DNA of 64,000 nucleotides from Nitrospirota bacterium (GCA_963749655.1 CAVVOB010000020.1:32001-96000); one strand, 5' to 3'. Shown: positions 51,395-61,512, counted from the stretch's first letter. The notes: generated by a model from the sequence alone, not told the origin. A program made the numbers and translations.

Positions 51395-54274
51395 ATGAAA
51401 AAAATGACTCCCATAAAAATCATCCTTATCTTCCTGGTGGCCAGCCAGCTCTGGATACTCCTGACCGACATGCTCGTGGGAAGAATCGCCACGAGCCCGG
51501 AGATGTTCACCAGGCTCAGCATGATCAAGGGCGGGCTCTATGTTGCCGTCACCGGAACGCTGCTCTACTGGCTCATCTCCCGCTATGCCTCGGAGCGCGA
51601 CAGCGCGGAAGCGGCGCTGCGGAATTCCGAGCAGTCGTACAAAACATTGTCCGAGAATCTGCCCGGGATCATCTACCGGGTCTTCAGCCGCGAGAACAAC
51701 CGCATGCAGTTCTTCAGCAAAGGGGCGGGGGAAATAACCGGCTGTACGGACCAGGAACTGGCGCAGGGCTCGGTATGCCCTCTCGAAAGGCTCATCCTTG
51801 ACGAGGACCGTCCTCAAGTGGTCGCCGTCGTGGAAAACGCCGTTGCCGGGCACAAGCCCTTTACGGTGGAATACCGGCTGCGTCACAAGGACGGCAGCGT
51901 TCACTTCCTGCTCGAGAAAGGCACGCCGGTCTACGGCCCTGACGGAAAGATACTCTATATCGACGGGGCCATATTCGACGTCACGGACCGGAAAAAGGCG
52001 GAAGAGGCGAAACGGCAGAGCGACAGCCAGTTTCTCGCTCTGTTCGACCACGCACCGCTGGGAATCGTGCAGGTGAGCGTGAACGCGGACAGGCGCATTA
52101 TGAACGGCAACAGCGCTTTCCAGCACATGCTCGGGTACAGTCTCGAAGAGCTGAAAAATCTTTCGATACGCGACATCAGCGATGCCGGCAATGATCGCGC
52201 GATCAGGGGCAGCTACACGGACATGATGGCCGGCGAGATAGACAGTTTTACCGTGGAAAAGAGGTATATACGAAAAGACAGAACGATCCTCTGGGCGCAC
52301 CTGACGGGGATGGTGATCCGGGACGACAAGGGCGACCTGCAGAGCATTTTCGGCATTGTGGAAGACATCAGCGAGCGCAAGCAGTCCGAGAACGCCCTGC
52401 GCGAAAGCGAGCGGCGGTACAAAGCCATCGTCGAAGACCAGGCCGAGTTCGTCGTACGCTACCTCCCGGGCGGCGTGATCAACTTTGCGAACGACACGCT
52501 GTGTAAATATGTCAAAATAAGCCGGGACGAACTGGTCGGCCGATCCTATTATCCCTTCATGCATCCGGAGGACCGGGAGGCCTTTATCCGCCAGATCGAG
52601 TCGCTCGACCGCGATCATCCCTCGATGGTCGCCGAAGCGCGGGTGGTGCTTCCCGGCGGCCGCGTCGCCTGGCACCGGTGGACGCATAACGCGATCTTCG
52701 ACGACAACGGCGCCATTGTCGAATATCAGGCAACGGGCAGGGACGTCACGAGCAGCAAGCGGGTGGAGGAAGCGCTCCGCTCATCGGAAGCCCGCTTCCG
52801 GAACATTATCGAAAACGCAAACACCGGGATCATGGTCGCCGACATCGAGACCAGGCAGATCCGCTATGCCAACCCGGAAATCTGCCGGGTGCTCGGGTAC
52901 AGTGAGCAGGAGCTCCGCTCACTGCTGACCACCGATCTGACGGTGCAGGCAGAGATGTCGGAGTCGGCAGCCAGTTTCCAGGAGCATGCCAAAGGAAATG
53001 TACATCTGTCGGAGCGTACCCTGAGGCGCAGGGACGGCATTCCGGTCAGGATGAGCATCAGCAGCGTCCGCATGGAGATCGACGACCGGCCGTCCCTGGT
53101 CGGGTTCTTTTCCGACGTTACGGAAAGGAACCTTCTCGAGGAAGAGCGTCTCAAGACCCAGAAGCTCGAGGCTATCGGTACGCTGGCAGGCGGGATCGCG
53201 CACGATTTCAACAATCTGCTGCAGGGCGTTTTCGGGTACATCTCCCTCGCGAAGCTGAAGAGGAACGACCGGGACAAGAGTCTGGCAGCGCTCGAGGAGG
53301 CCGAAAAGGCGCTGCACATGTCGGTGCGGCTGACGAACCAGCTGCTGACCTTCTCGAAGGGCGGCAAGCCGGTGAAAAAAAGGATCGACCTTGCCCCGGT
53401 GATCGAGAACGCCGTGAAGTTCGCGCTGAGCGGGTCACGGACCGATTACCACATTTCGATCGATGACGGCCTCTGGCATGCCGATGCGGACGAGGGCCAG
53501 ATGAGCCAGGTGATCCAGAACATCGTCCTGAACGCCGACCAGTCCATGCCCGAAGGCGGAGTGGTGGAGATCGCGGCCAGGAATGTCCAGGCGCCGAGCG
53601 ACGGTCTTCCGCCGAATTTGCGGAAGGGACCCTACGTGGAGATCACTATTCAGGACAGCGGCGTCGGGATAGCGGAGCAGTACCTCACCAAGATATTCGA
53701 CCCCTATTTCACGACCAAGGAAAAGGGGAGCGGTCTCGGCCTTGCGACGTCCTATTCCATCATGAAGAACCATAACGGGTCGATCGAAGTCAGGTCCGAG
53801 CTCGACAAGGGAACGACCTTCTCTCTCTATATTCCCGCGGACGAGGCGGGGAAAACAACGCCCCGGGAAATGCCGGCGGCAGCGGCGGCGCCGGGACGCG
53901 TCCTGAGAGTGTTACTCATGGACGACGAGGAGCTCATTCGTGACGTTGCCGGAGAATTGATCGGGGAGCTCGGCCACCGGGTCGAGTTTGCGCTGAACGG
54001 CAGGGAGGCCATCGACCGCTACCGGGAGGCAAAGCGATCAGGGGACCCCTTCGATGTCGTCATCCTTGACCTCACGATCCGCGGCGGCATGGGCGGCGCG
54101 GAAACGATGCAGACGCTTCTGGAGATCGATCCCGGGGTGAAGGCAGTGGTGTCGAGCGGCTACTCCGAGGATGCCGTCATAGCCAGCTACGCGGAACAGG
54201 GCTTCATTGCATTTCTTAAGAAGCCTTATACTGCCGAGGAGCTGGAGGAAATGTTCGAATTGTTCATCGCCTGA
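51395..54274 (+). CDS. Hybrid sensor histidine kinase (2 TM, 4 PAS, HisKA, HATPase, REC)
   Basis: AHDFNNLL H-box, DSGVG, FTTK..GSGLGL, LLMDD...ILDL receiver. Confidence 0.95.
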   Translation: MKKMTPIKIILIFLVASQLWILLTDMLVGRIATSPEMFTRLSMIKGGLYVAVTGTLLYWLISRYASERDSAEAALRNSEQSYKTLSENLPGIIYRVFSRENNRMQFFSKGAGEITGCTDQELAQGSVCPLERLILDEDRPQVVAVVENAVAGHKPFTVEYRLRHKDGSVHFLLEKGTPVYGPDGKILYIDGAIFDVTDRKKAEEAKRQSDSQFLALFDHAPLGIVQVSVNADRRIMNGNSAFQHMLGYSLEELKNLSIRDISDAGNDRAIRGSYTDMMAGEIDSFTVEKRYIRKDRTILWAHLTGMVIRDDKGDLQSIFGIVEDISERKQSENALRESERRYKAIVEDQAEFVVRYLPGGVINFANDTLCKYVKISRDELVGRSYYPFMHPEDREAFIRQIESLDRDHPSMVAEARVVLPGGRVAWHRWTHNAIFDDNGAIVEYQATGRDVTSSKRVEEALRSSEARFRNIIENANTGIMVADIETRQIRYANPEICRVLGYSEQELRSLLTTDLTVQAEMSESAASFQEHAKGNVHLSERTLRRRDGIPVRMSISSVRMEIDDRPSLVGFFSDVTERNLLEEERLKTQKLEAIGTLAGGIAHDFNNLLQGVFGYISLAKLKRNDRDKSLAALEEAEKALHMSVRLTNQLLTFSKGGKPVKKRIDLAPVIENAVKFALSGSRTDYHISIDDGLWHADADEGQMSQVIQNIVLNADQSMPEGGVVEIAARNVQAPSDGLPPNLRKGPYVEITIQDSGVGIAEQYLTKIFDPYFTTKEKGSGLGLATSYSIMKNHNGSIEVRSELDKGTTFSLYIPADEAGKTTPREMPAAAAAPGRVLRVLLMDDEELIRDVAGELIGELGHRVEFALNGREAIDRYREAKRSGDPFDVVILDLTIRGGMGGAETMQTLLEIDPGVKAVVSSGYSEDAVIASYAEQGFIAFLKKPYTAEELEEMFELFIA

Positions 54275-54394
54275 CGATCGAGCGGGTCCGGCGGGCGGGA
54301 AATCTTCGATCTTCATTCCTCGGTCAAGGACGTCATGGCACGACCTTCCGCATGGATAGACGACGGATCACCCGAAAATACCCCGTCGAAACCG

Positions 54395-54423
54395 TTGACA
54401 GGGGCCTCTATTTACTCTACTGT
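54395..54423 (+). promoter_or_regulatory. Putative sigma70 promoter upstream of the GGDEF-EAL gene
   Basis: TTGACA-17 nt-TACTGT. Confidence 0.45.
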
Positions 54424-54478
54424 TGTCTATAGGGAGAACGGATACCGCTATTCCCGATAAAGTCATACAAGTTTTTTC

Positions 54479-54506
54479 ACCGCAGAGAACGCTGAGGACG
54501 CAGAGA
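54479..54506. repeat. Solo period-9 array arm
   Basis: accgcagag aacgctgag gacgcagag a. Confidence 0.6.
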
Positions 54507-54627
54507 GAACCTTAATTCAAAATGTATTTCTCCGCTTAAGTAAGGAAGGAACTGCCGGGAAGGTCTGGGAACAACGGAAGCACCTGCAAAGAACGCTGCG
54601 TTCCAGCTGAATACCCGGTGAGGAGCC

Positions 54628-56370
54628 ATGAAGAACGAGCCTAACAGCAAGAGAGCCTACTTCAGGAATGACGACAGCGCCCTTACCGCGGAGCTGCTCA
54701 CGGTTGTTCTGAGCAACATCTCGCAAGGGATGGTCGTCGCAGGACCTGACTACAGCGTGCTCGCGTTCAACAAACAGTTCGAGGACCTTTGCCGTCTGCA
54801 CCAGGGGACCGTCGAGCCGGGCCGTGATTTCAGGGAGATCCTTAAAATCTGGGCGGAGGTGACCGGGCAAAGCAGTGATATCCTGGAGCGGACGCTGCGG
54901 GAGCTTGACCTGCCCGCTCCCTTTGAGATCGAATATCCGCAAACAATAGACGGTTTGTGCCGGTGGTACCATCTGTCCCATACCCCGCTGCCCTCGCAGG
55001 GCTTTGTGCGGACTTATACCGACATCACGGAGAGGAAAAAGGCCGTTGAGCAGCATGCCTTCGACGCCTTCCATGACCCCCTGACAGGCCTCCCGAACCG
55101 GGCGCTTTTCCTGGACCGGCTGCAGCACGTCCTTGCCGCGTCGCAGCGGCGGCCCGACACGCCGGAGTACGCGGTCTTCTTCCTCGACATGGACCGCTTC
55201 AAGATCATCAACGACAGCCTCGGCCATACGATCGGCGATCACCTCCTGATCGCGGTCGGCCGCAAACTGGCCGATTGCATCCGGCCCGGAGACACTATTG
55301 CCCGTCTGGGGGGCGACGAATTCGCCATTCTTCTCGAGAACATCAGCGACCCCGCGTACACGGTCAGCGTTGCCGAGCGGATCAAGGAGAAGCTGGCCCA
55401 CCCGCTCGACGTCAAAGGCCATGAGGTCTTCACCTCGATCAGCATCGGCATCGCCCTGGGCGCCGAACGCTACGAGCGGCCGGAGCAGGTCCTGCGCGAC
55501 GCGGACATCGCGATGTACGAGGCCAAGGCGCGGGGCAACGCCTCGTATGAGATCTTCGATACCAAGATGCATGCCAACATCATGGACCGGATGCAGCTGG
55601 TGTCCGACCTGCGGGGCGCGGTCGACCATAAGGAGCTGACGCTCTACTATCAGCCCATCATCGACCTGAAGACACAGCAGCTGACGGGGTTCGAAGCGCT
55701 CGTGCGGTGGAACCATCCGAAGCGGGGCCTCATCTACCCCATGGAGTTCATTCCCCTGGCCGAGGAGCACGGGCTCATCTACCAGATCGGGGCATGGATC
55801 CTTCACGAGGCCTGCCGCGAACTGAAGCTGCTCCAGGTGAGGTATCCGGCCCGTCCAGCGCTCACCATGAGCATCAATATTTCGAGCAGGCAGTTCTCGC
55901 AGCAGGATCTCGTCGGCATGCTGTCCGAAATTTTAAAGGAGACAGGCATCGATCCGCGCAGCCTGATCCTGGAGATCACGGAGAGCATGATCATGGAGAA
56001 CGTCAATGCCGCCGTCGAGACCATGAAGCGGCTGCGGGCCATGGGAATACAGCTCCATATCGACGATTTCGGCACGGGCCACTCCTCGCTCAGCTATCTG
56101 CAGCTTTTTCCGGTCAATGCGCTCAAGATCGACCGCAGCTTCATCAACAAGCTCACCGCCGGCGGCGACAACCAGGAGATCATCACTCACATCGTTTCCC
56201 TGGCCAAGAGCCTGAATTTCGAGGTGATCGCCGAGGGTGTGGAAAAAGAACATCAGCTGGCCAATATCCAGAACCTGAACTGCGGCTACGGCCAGGGTTT
56301 TCTTTTCGCACGGCCCATGGCGTTTCAGGCGATCGACGCATGGATGCAGGAACAGAAGCATCACTCGTAG
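54628..56370 (+). CDS. PAS-GGDEF-EAL c-di-GMP enzyme
   Basis: DPLTGLPNR, RLGGDEF, EALVRW, DDFGTG, AEGVE. Confidence 0.95.
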   Translation: MKNEPNSKRAYFRNDDSALTAELLTVVLSNISQGMVVAGPDYSVLAFNKQFEDLCRLHQGTVEPGRDFREILKIWAEVTGQSSDILERTLRELDLPAPFEIEYPQTIDGLCRWYHLSHTPLPSQGFVRTYTDITERKKAVEQHAFDAFHDPLTGLPNRALFLDRLQHVLAASQRRPDTPEYAVFFLDMDRFKIINDSLGHTIGDHLLIAVGRKLADCIRPGDTIARLGGDEFAILLENISDPAYTVSVAERIKEKLAHPLDVKGHEVFTSISIGIALGAERYERPEQVLRDADIAMYEAKARGNASYEIFDTKMHANIMDRMQLVSDLRGAVDHKELTLYYQPIIDLKTQQLTGFEALVRWNHPKRGLIYPMEFIPLAEEHGLIYQIGAWILHEACRELKLLQVRYPARPALTMSINISSRQFSQQDLVGMLSEILKETGIDPRSLILEITESMIMENVNAAVETMKRLRAMGIQLHIDDFGTGHSSLSYLQLFPVNALKIDRSFINKLTAGGDNQEIITHIVSLAKSLNFEVIAEGVEKEHQLANIQNLNCGYGQGFLFARPMAFQAIDAWMQEQKHHS

Positions 56371-56527
56371 AGTCTTTGAGAGGCTGCGACGTCCTCCCTG
56401 CCACAGAGCGGATCTCGTTTTTCTAAAATTGTGAATTCCTGGAGTTCATTTTGCTATAATCGCATCAGGATCTGCGCAGCGAGGGGTGCGATCACATTTT
56501 TAATCGGATATATGAGAGCGATGGGCC

Positions 56528-56938
56528 ATGCCTGAGGGAACGGAAAAAAGTCTTCAAGCCGGCGGTTCGCAGGAGAACATCGAAGAAAAGAGGCGGGAAA
56601 AACGCTACGACGTCCCTGATGCCTGCCGGAAGTATATCGCGCTCCGTGTAAAAAGAGGGGGCGAACTCGTGCCCGCTGTTCTGGGCAACTTCAGCCGCAG
56701 CGGCATTCTCTTCGAGTCTCCGGCATCCTTTGCCCAGGGAGAGCATGCCGAGTGTGTTCTCGCGATTTCCCTGCTGCTGTCCCGCGCAATATCATTCGGC
56801 ATCGAGGTCAAGTACTGCTACGCGGACCACGGTTCCTATATTACCGGAGCTTCCATCCACACTATTTCAGATGAAACATGGTTCGATGTTTTCGAGGAAG
56901 TGCATGATTTCATCGTTCTGCGCCAGGGACCCGTATAG
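56528..56938 (+). CDS. PilZ-like protein
   Basis: RREKR (RxxxR) and NFSRSG. Confidence 0.7.
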   Translation: MPEGTEKSLQAGGSQENIEEKRREKRYDVPDACRKYIALRVKRGGELVPAVLGNFSRSGILFESPASFAQGEHAECVLAISLLLSRAISFGIEVKYCYADHGSYITGASIHTISDETWFDVFEEVHDFIVLRQGPV

Positions 56939-57050
56939 CAACCATCACTTGGTAAGTACTGTAGTTATTATCGCTTTCATTCCTCGATATATTCCATATC
57001 TCATTTCGAAGTTTTCACCCCGATATATCAGAATACCGTTGGAAATTCGC

Positions 57051-57079
57051 TTGATTAAAAATAGCCTGAGCACTATAAT
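57051..57079 (+). promoter_or_regulatory. Putative sigma70 promoter of the toxin-antitoxin-like pair
   Basis: TTGATT-17 nt-TATAAT. Confidence 0.55.
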
Positions 57080-57127
57080 TGCTTAGAATCGCCACAAAAG
57101 AAGCACCACTAGTGTGCGTGTGCGGGT

Positions 57128-57450
57128 ATGACCGACGACATTCTGGAGTTCATAAAATCATGTATACAAAGACGAAGGATTTTCTGGACGTATCATGTCA
57201 ATATGCGCCTGAAGAACGCTTCATTTCGAGGGACGCAATTCTGGAGTCAATCGAAACGTATGAGATTATTGAGCGATATCCCGATGATAAATACTTGCCA
57301 AGCTTTCTTGTACTTGCCCAGTATGAGAAAGTGTCTTTTCATATACATGTCGCCGTAGACAAGGAAAACGACGATGTCGGGATCGTAACGGCATACAAAC
57401 CCTCGACGGATGAGTGGGAAGAGGGCTTTAGAAAACGGAGGAAGACATGA
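57128..57450 (+). CDS. DUF4258 family putative toxin; one frameshift near 57212
   Basis: WTYHVNMRL then ERFISRD...IIERYPDDKYLPSFLV...HIHVA...IVTAYKP...W. Confidence 0.8.
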
Positions 57451-57668
57451 AGTGTCATCAGTGCGGCAGTGAGTTGACGAAAACTACGACGGACCTGCCC
57501 TTTAAAACCGATGTTCATTCCATCATTATCATTAAGGACCTGCCCGTCCTGCAGTGCCGCGGTTGCAGTGAATATCTAATCGAGGACGCCGTGATGTCGC
57601 GGGTTGATGATATCCTGAAAAATGTCAGCAGCGACGTAGAAGTGGAAATATTGAGCTACGCGGCGTAG
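57447..57668 (+). CDS. YgiT-type zinc finger protein (MqsA N-terminal-like putative antitoxin)
   Basis: MKCHQCG...IIKDLPVLQCRGC.E; ATGA overlap with DUF4258. Confidence 0.85.
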   Translation: MKCHQCGSELTKTTTDLPFKTDVHSIIIIKDLPVLQCRGCSEYLIEDAVMSRVDDILKNVSSDVEVEILSYAA

Positions 57669-57944
57669 CTCCACATCAACCAACACTGTTTTTTCGCTAA
57701 GTACAGGGTCATATCTGGTTCGTTGGAGACGATTCGTGGGATGAAGTGACCTAAATGGATTAATGCAATTAACACTTATGTGAGGAAAGAATAAGTCCAT
57801 CTGGTCTCAACGTCCCGAAAATGTGCTCATCTTGCCGAAAATCTTCTCAGTAATTCATCAACAAAAAATGATAAAGCATTTTAAGAACCAACGTCTGCAA
57901 AGGCATTGAAAGGGTCTTGGGGATAACAATATCTTAATTCCTGA

Positions 57945-57993
57945 TGTCTGACCCCAAACGGGACCCAAACGGGACCTGACCCCAAACGGGACC
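57945..57993. repeat. Three imperfect tandem copies of GACCCCAAACGG
   Basis: tgtctgaccccaaacgg gacccaaacgg gacctgaccccaaacgg gacc. Confidence 0.75.
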
Positions 57994-58087
57994 ATGGAGT
58001 TATCGATATGGGAGGTTTTTAGAGCATCAAAAGAATCTTGATACTGAGATTCAGTCGGGTATAGTAAAGCAAAACTCGACGTGATGA

Positions 58088-58147
58088 TACCAACCTGCGC
58101 GTCCACAGCGACGCGCCTGGAGGCGGCGCGTGACGCGCGCGTTCATG
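58088..58147 (+). other. Degenerate attC-like integron cassette recombination site
   Basis: TACCAAC-5 nt-CGT(C)CAC...GTGACG-5 nt-GTT; 60 bp, directly after TGATGA stop codons. Confidence 0.5.
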
Positions 58148-58461
58148 TGCAAGTTGAAACCGGTAATTCACAGAATTTCTGATGGTCACCGGTTGCACAG
58201 TTGTAGGTGGAATAAGCAATCTCAGTGCTTATTATTTCGCGCTGTACCTTTCGCCTCATGTTCCTTTCCACCCTCTCGAGAAAACTTTTAAACGGTTATG
58301 AAGGGTATCGTGACCGGGTGCGTACCGTCTTGTGCCTTTCATTTGGTAAACGGGGAAAAGGGACGTTGCCGCATGCGGTGCGCGCCCGGCACACTTCGCG
58401 CCTAGTACAACAACGCCCCTGCGTGTACAGCCACTCGTAACCCAGCCTGCTCGCCGTTTCG

Positions 58462-58950
58462 CTAGCTTAAACCCTCCATCAAGCCGGACATCTTTTCATC
58501 AAGCATCCGTGCAACGATCCTGACCTCATCGTCCTTAAACTGCCCGAGCAGCGCCGAGGGCCGGTCATAAGTAACGCGGGTTTTGCCGTCGTATCCTTCA
58601 TAAACCGAAACCCGCAGCGGAGCATAGACGCCGATGGCCGGGCTCTTTTCGTACATCCGGTTCGCGAGAACCGGGTTCCCGATGAGATAGACAGTCATTT
58701 TCTTTTTCTTTCCCATCAAGGAAACTAAAGGGCCTTGATCGAGCTTCGCAAAGATCACAAAGCCCAGATCGCCGACCATGCCCTCAACCACGTCCTCAAT
58801 TTCCTTAGAGGACGCGCCTGCTGCTACCAGGCGGGTGAAAGCTGAAATATCCGCCATGGGAATTCTGCGCTCAAATGCCGCTGTTGCTTCCGGGAATGCT
58901 TTCGTCGACGTTATCTCTATTCTTTCTCCCTCAAAACGAATCGTTTTCAT
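58462..58950 (-). CDS. DUF302 family protein
   Basis: IGNP..A..M....PAIG.YAP.R..VYE...YDRPS. Confidence 0.8.
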   Translation of the reverse strand: MKTIRFEGERIEITSTKAFPEATAAFERRIPMADISAFTRLVAAGASSKEIEDVVEGMVGDLGFVIFAKLDQGPLVSLMGKKKKMTVYLIGNPVLANRMYEKSPAIGVYAPLRVSVYEGYDGKTRVTYDRPSALLGQFKDDEVRIVARMLDEKMSGLMEGLS

Positions 58951-59019
58951 ATCGTTCTCCTTTCGAGCCGCTGTCTGCTTTTACACTCCTACCCGGTTGA
59001 ATGTATTTTGTAATCCGCA

Positions 59020-59502
59020 TCAAGTCTTTGGGCGAAGGAGAAGCCGGAACATGAGGCCGTGCGTGATGAAGTAGAGCGGCACCATCATCGTTGGGATATA
59101 AAACGCAGCGCCGAGCGTTCTGGCGTCAAGCTGGATCGACAGCCCATGATAAAACGCGAGTAAGAGGTCCGCCGCGCCCCAAAGGTTTAACAACCAGACG
59201 AGCGCGATGGCAGCGAACGCACGTCTGGAAAGCGCTGCAGCGGCCGCGACTGCAAGTACGGCTACAACCAGATCTCCGTAAGCAGCAGGAACGGCGAAGG
59301 CCCGGGGGAGCTCCGGGGAAACGACCCCGGGCACGAGGAAGCTGAGTCCCATGAATCGAAAGGCATGGGGCAGCACAAGGGCAAGCAACGCATCGTCACG
59401 CCCCAATTTTTGAAGCCTCGGCCAAATATATAACTTCGTGACCAAACCATAGGCCACTAAGCTCATCAGGATGCTGAGTCCGAATATCGCCCGAATGTCC
59501 AT
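59020..59502 (-). CDS. Hypothetical membrane protein
   Basis: About 5 TM segments, PHAFR.MG..FL, YGD, P...VP....H; GGAGG SD. Confidence 0.7.
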   Translation of the reverse strand: MDIRAIFGLSILMSLVAYGLVTKLYIWPRLQKLGRDDALLALVLPHAFRFMGLSFLVPGVVSPELPRAFAVPAAYGDLVVAVLAVAAAAALSRRAFAAIALVWLLNLWGAADLLLAFYHGLSIQLDARTLGAAFYIPTMMVPLYFITHGLMFRLLLRPKT

Positions 59503-59751
59503 ATTTCCCTCCTTTGTTCTTCCGTGCAACCGAGCTCCTATTTCAACCTTCAAAGGGTCCATCGTGTGCAGAGAATGAATTGTTCTACTTGAAAGGTAGC
59601 CAAGGGGCTGCGAGGCCGCAAGCTTATTGCGATGAACGGTAAAAAAGCGGGCGCGAACGGCAGCTGCGGGAAACGGCCGGCAGTGACTTCAACTTTTGTC
59701 CTATTTGAGCGGCAGCCCCACCCAACATGTTGTTTCTGATATACTTATTCC

Positions 59752-60546
59752 ATGACCCAGCCGATCATCCAGGTGGACGCATTCACGGACAAACCCTTTT
59801 TCGGCAATCCCGCGGCAGTATGCATCCTCGATGACGTCAAGGACGACCGGTGGATGCAAAACGTGGCGCGGGAGATGAACCTCTCCGAGACCGCATTTCT
59901 CAACAGGCGCGCCGACGGTTTCGACCTCAGGTGGTTCACACCCCTTGTCGAGGTTGACCTCTGCGGCCATGCGACCCTTGCGGCGGCCCATGTGCTGTGG
60001 GAGGACAAGCATCTTGCGGAGACCGAGGAGGCGCGCTTCCATACCCGGAGCGGCCTGCTCCGGGCGCGGCTCCGGGAAGGCTGGATCGAGATGGACTTTC
60101 CCGCAGAGCCCGAAACGAGGGCGCCGGCGCCCCCGGGGCTCGAAGCGGCGCTCGGCGTCATTCCCGAGTATGTCGGCAAGAACCGCTTCGACTATCTCAT
60201 CGAGATCGAGTCGGAGAACGAGCTCCGGAGCCTGAAACCGGATGTCGCCTCGCTCAAGGCGATACCGGCGCGAGGCTTCATCGTGACGGCCCGGTCGATA
60301 AACAAAAAGTATGATTTCATTTCACGGTTCTTTGCGCCCTCGGTGGGCATCGAGGAAGACCCCGTGACGGATTCCGCGCACTGCTGCCTCGGACCCTATT
60401 GGCAGAAGCGGCTGAAACAGTACCAGTTCTACGCCTTCCAGGCCTCGGCCCGCGGCGGCGAGATCCACGTGCGTGTAGGCGCGGAGCGGGTGATGCTCTC
60501 GGGCAAGGCGATTACGGTGATGCATGGCGACCTCGCGACTGAATAA
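59752..60546 (+). CDS. PhzF family isomerase
   Basis: QVDAFT...GNPAAV, NLSETAF, EVDLCGHATL, EDPVT. Confidence 0.93.
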   Translation: MTQPIIQVDAFTDKPFFGNPAAVCILDDVKDDRWMQNVAREMNLSETAFLNRRADGFDLRWFTPLVEVDLCGHATLAAAHVLWEDKHLAETEEARFHTRSGLLRARLREGWIEMDFPAEPETRAPAPPGLEAALGVIPEYVGKNRFDYLIEIESENELRSLKPDVASLKAIPARGFIVTARSINKKYDFISRFFAPSVGIEEDPVTDSAHCCLGPYWQKRLKQYQFYAFQASARGGEIHVRVGAERVMLSGKAITVMHGDLATE

Positions 60547-61417
60547 CATTTCAAAACCGGATTCTCCCGAAGCGTGCGCGTGCGGGGAGGAGGGCACGTC
60601 CGGGGCAGGTCATCCTCACGAAACGGCATTGATCACCGGCGCGTCCGGCGGCATCGGCCGCGAATTCGCCAAAATCCTTGCCGGGAACTGCGCAAACCTC
60701 GTTCTGGTGGGCCGCCAGGTGGCGCGGCTCCGCGCGGCCAAACTGAAGCTCGATTGCGTTTGCAGCGGATCGGAGATCATAACGATCGCAAAGGACCTGT
60801 CCCGACCCGGCGCCGCCGCAGAGATCCTTGCCGAGCTCGAGCAGCAGAACATCACCGTCGACATGCTGATCAACAACGCGGGTTTCGGCGGCTTCGGCGC
60901 CTTCTCTGCACGGAAGTGGGAGGACGAGGCTGCAATGATCGCGGTCAACATCACGGCGCTGACGCAGATGACCAAGCTCTTTGTCCGCGGCATGATCGAA
61001 CGGAAGCGGGGCAGGATCCTGAATATCGCGTCCACTGCCGCATTCCAGCCAGGCCCGCTCGAGGCGGTCTACTACGCGTCGAAGGCCTATGTCCTTTCCT
61101 TTTCCGAGGCCCTTGCCAATGAACTGAAAGGAACGGGCGTTACCGTGACCGTTCTCTGCCCGGGGGCGACTGCAACCGGCTTTGCCGCCGCGGCGGGGCT
61201 CGAACAGTCGAGGCTTTTCAAATATTTGAAACCTGCGTCTGCGCCGGAGGTGGCGAAATACGGCTATGATGCGATGATGCGGGGAAAGACCATTGCAATC
61301 CCCGGCGCGCTGAACAAGCTCGGCGCGTTCGGCGCACGGCTCCTTCCCCGGGCGCAGCTTGCCGCCATGGCGCGCTGGCTCCATGAGCCCGCGGAACCGG
61401 CGCGCGGCAGGATGTAA
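60524..61417 (+). CDS. Short-chain dehydrogenase/reductase
   Basis: TGASGGIG, NNAG, S, YYASK. Confidence 0.93.
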   Translation: MATSRLNNISKPDSPEACACGEEGTSGAGHPHETALITGASGGIGREFAKILAGNCANLVLVGRQVARLRAAKLKLDCVCSGSEIITIAKDLSRPGAAAEILAELEQQNITVDMLINNAGFGGFGAFSARKWEDEAAMIAVNITALTQMTKLFVRGMIERKRGRILNIASTAAFQPGPLEAVYYASKAYVLSFSEALANELKGTGVTVTVLCPGATATGFAAAAGLEQSRLFKYLKPASAPEVAKYGYDAMMRGKTIAIPGALNKLGAFGARLLPRAQLAAMARWLHEPAEPARGRM

Positions 61418-61420
61418 CTG

Positions 61421-61512
61421 GCAGAGAGCAGAGAGCAGAGAGCAGAGAGCAGAGAGCAGAGAGCAGAGAGCAGAGAGACTCTCCCCTATGCGCCATGCTC
61501 TATGCACTATGC
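61421..61512. repeat. (GCAGAGA)x8 perfect array plus an inverted degenerate heptamer arm
   Basis: 8 exact copies at 61421-61476; ccctatg cgccatg ctctatg cactatg c at 61484-61512. Confidence 0.9.

Noticed and set aside
54275-54627. c-di-GMP riboswitch upstream of c-di-GMP genes (also checked 11220-11350 and 50760-51390)
   Set aside because: No convincing GEMM motif by eye; an Rfam scan would be needed.
57670-57745. Second attC on the minus strand after the zinc-finger gene
   Set aside because: Only a vague resemblance to an attC left half; no matching right half.
59604-59719. MITE bounded by GGGGCTGC/GCAGCCCC
   Set aside because: Only an 8-bp inverted repeat, single copy, no target duplication seen.
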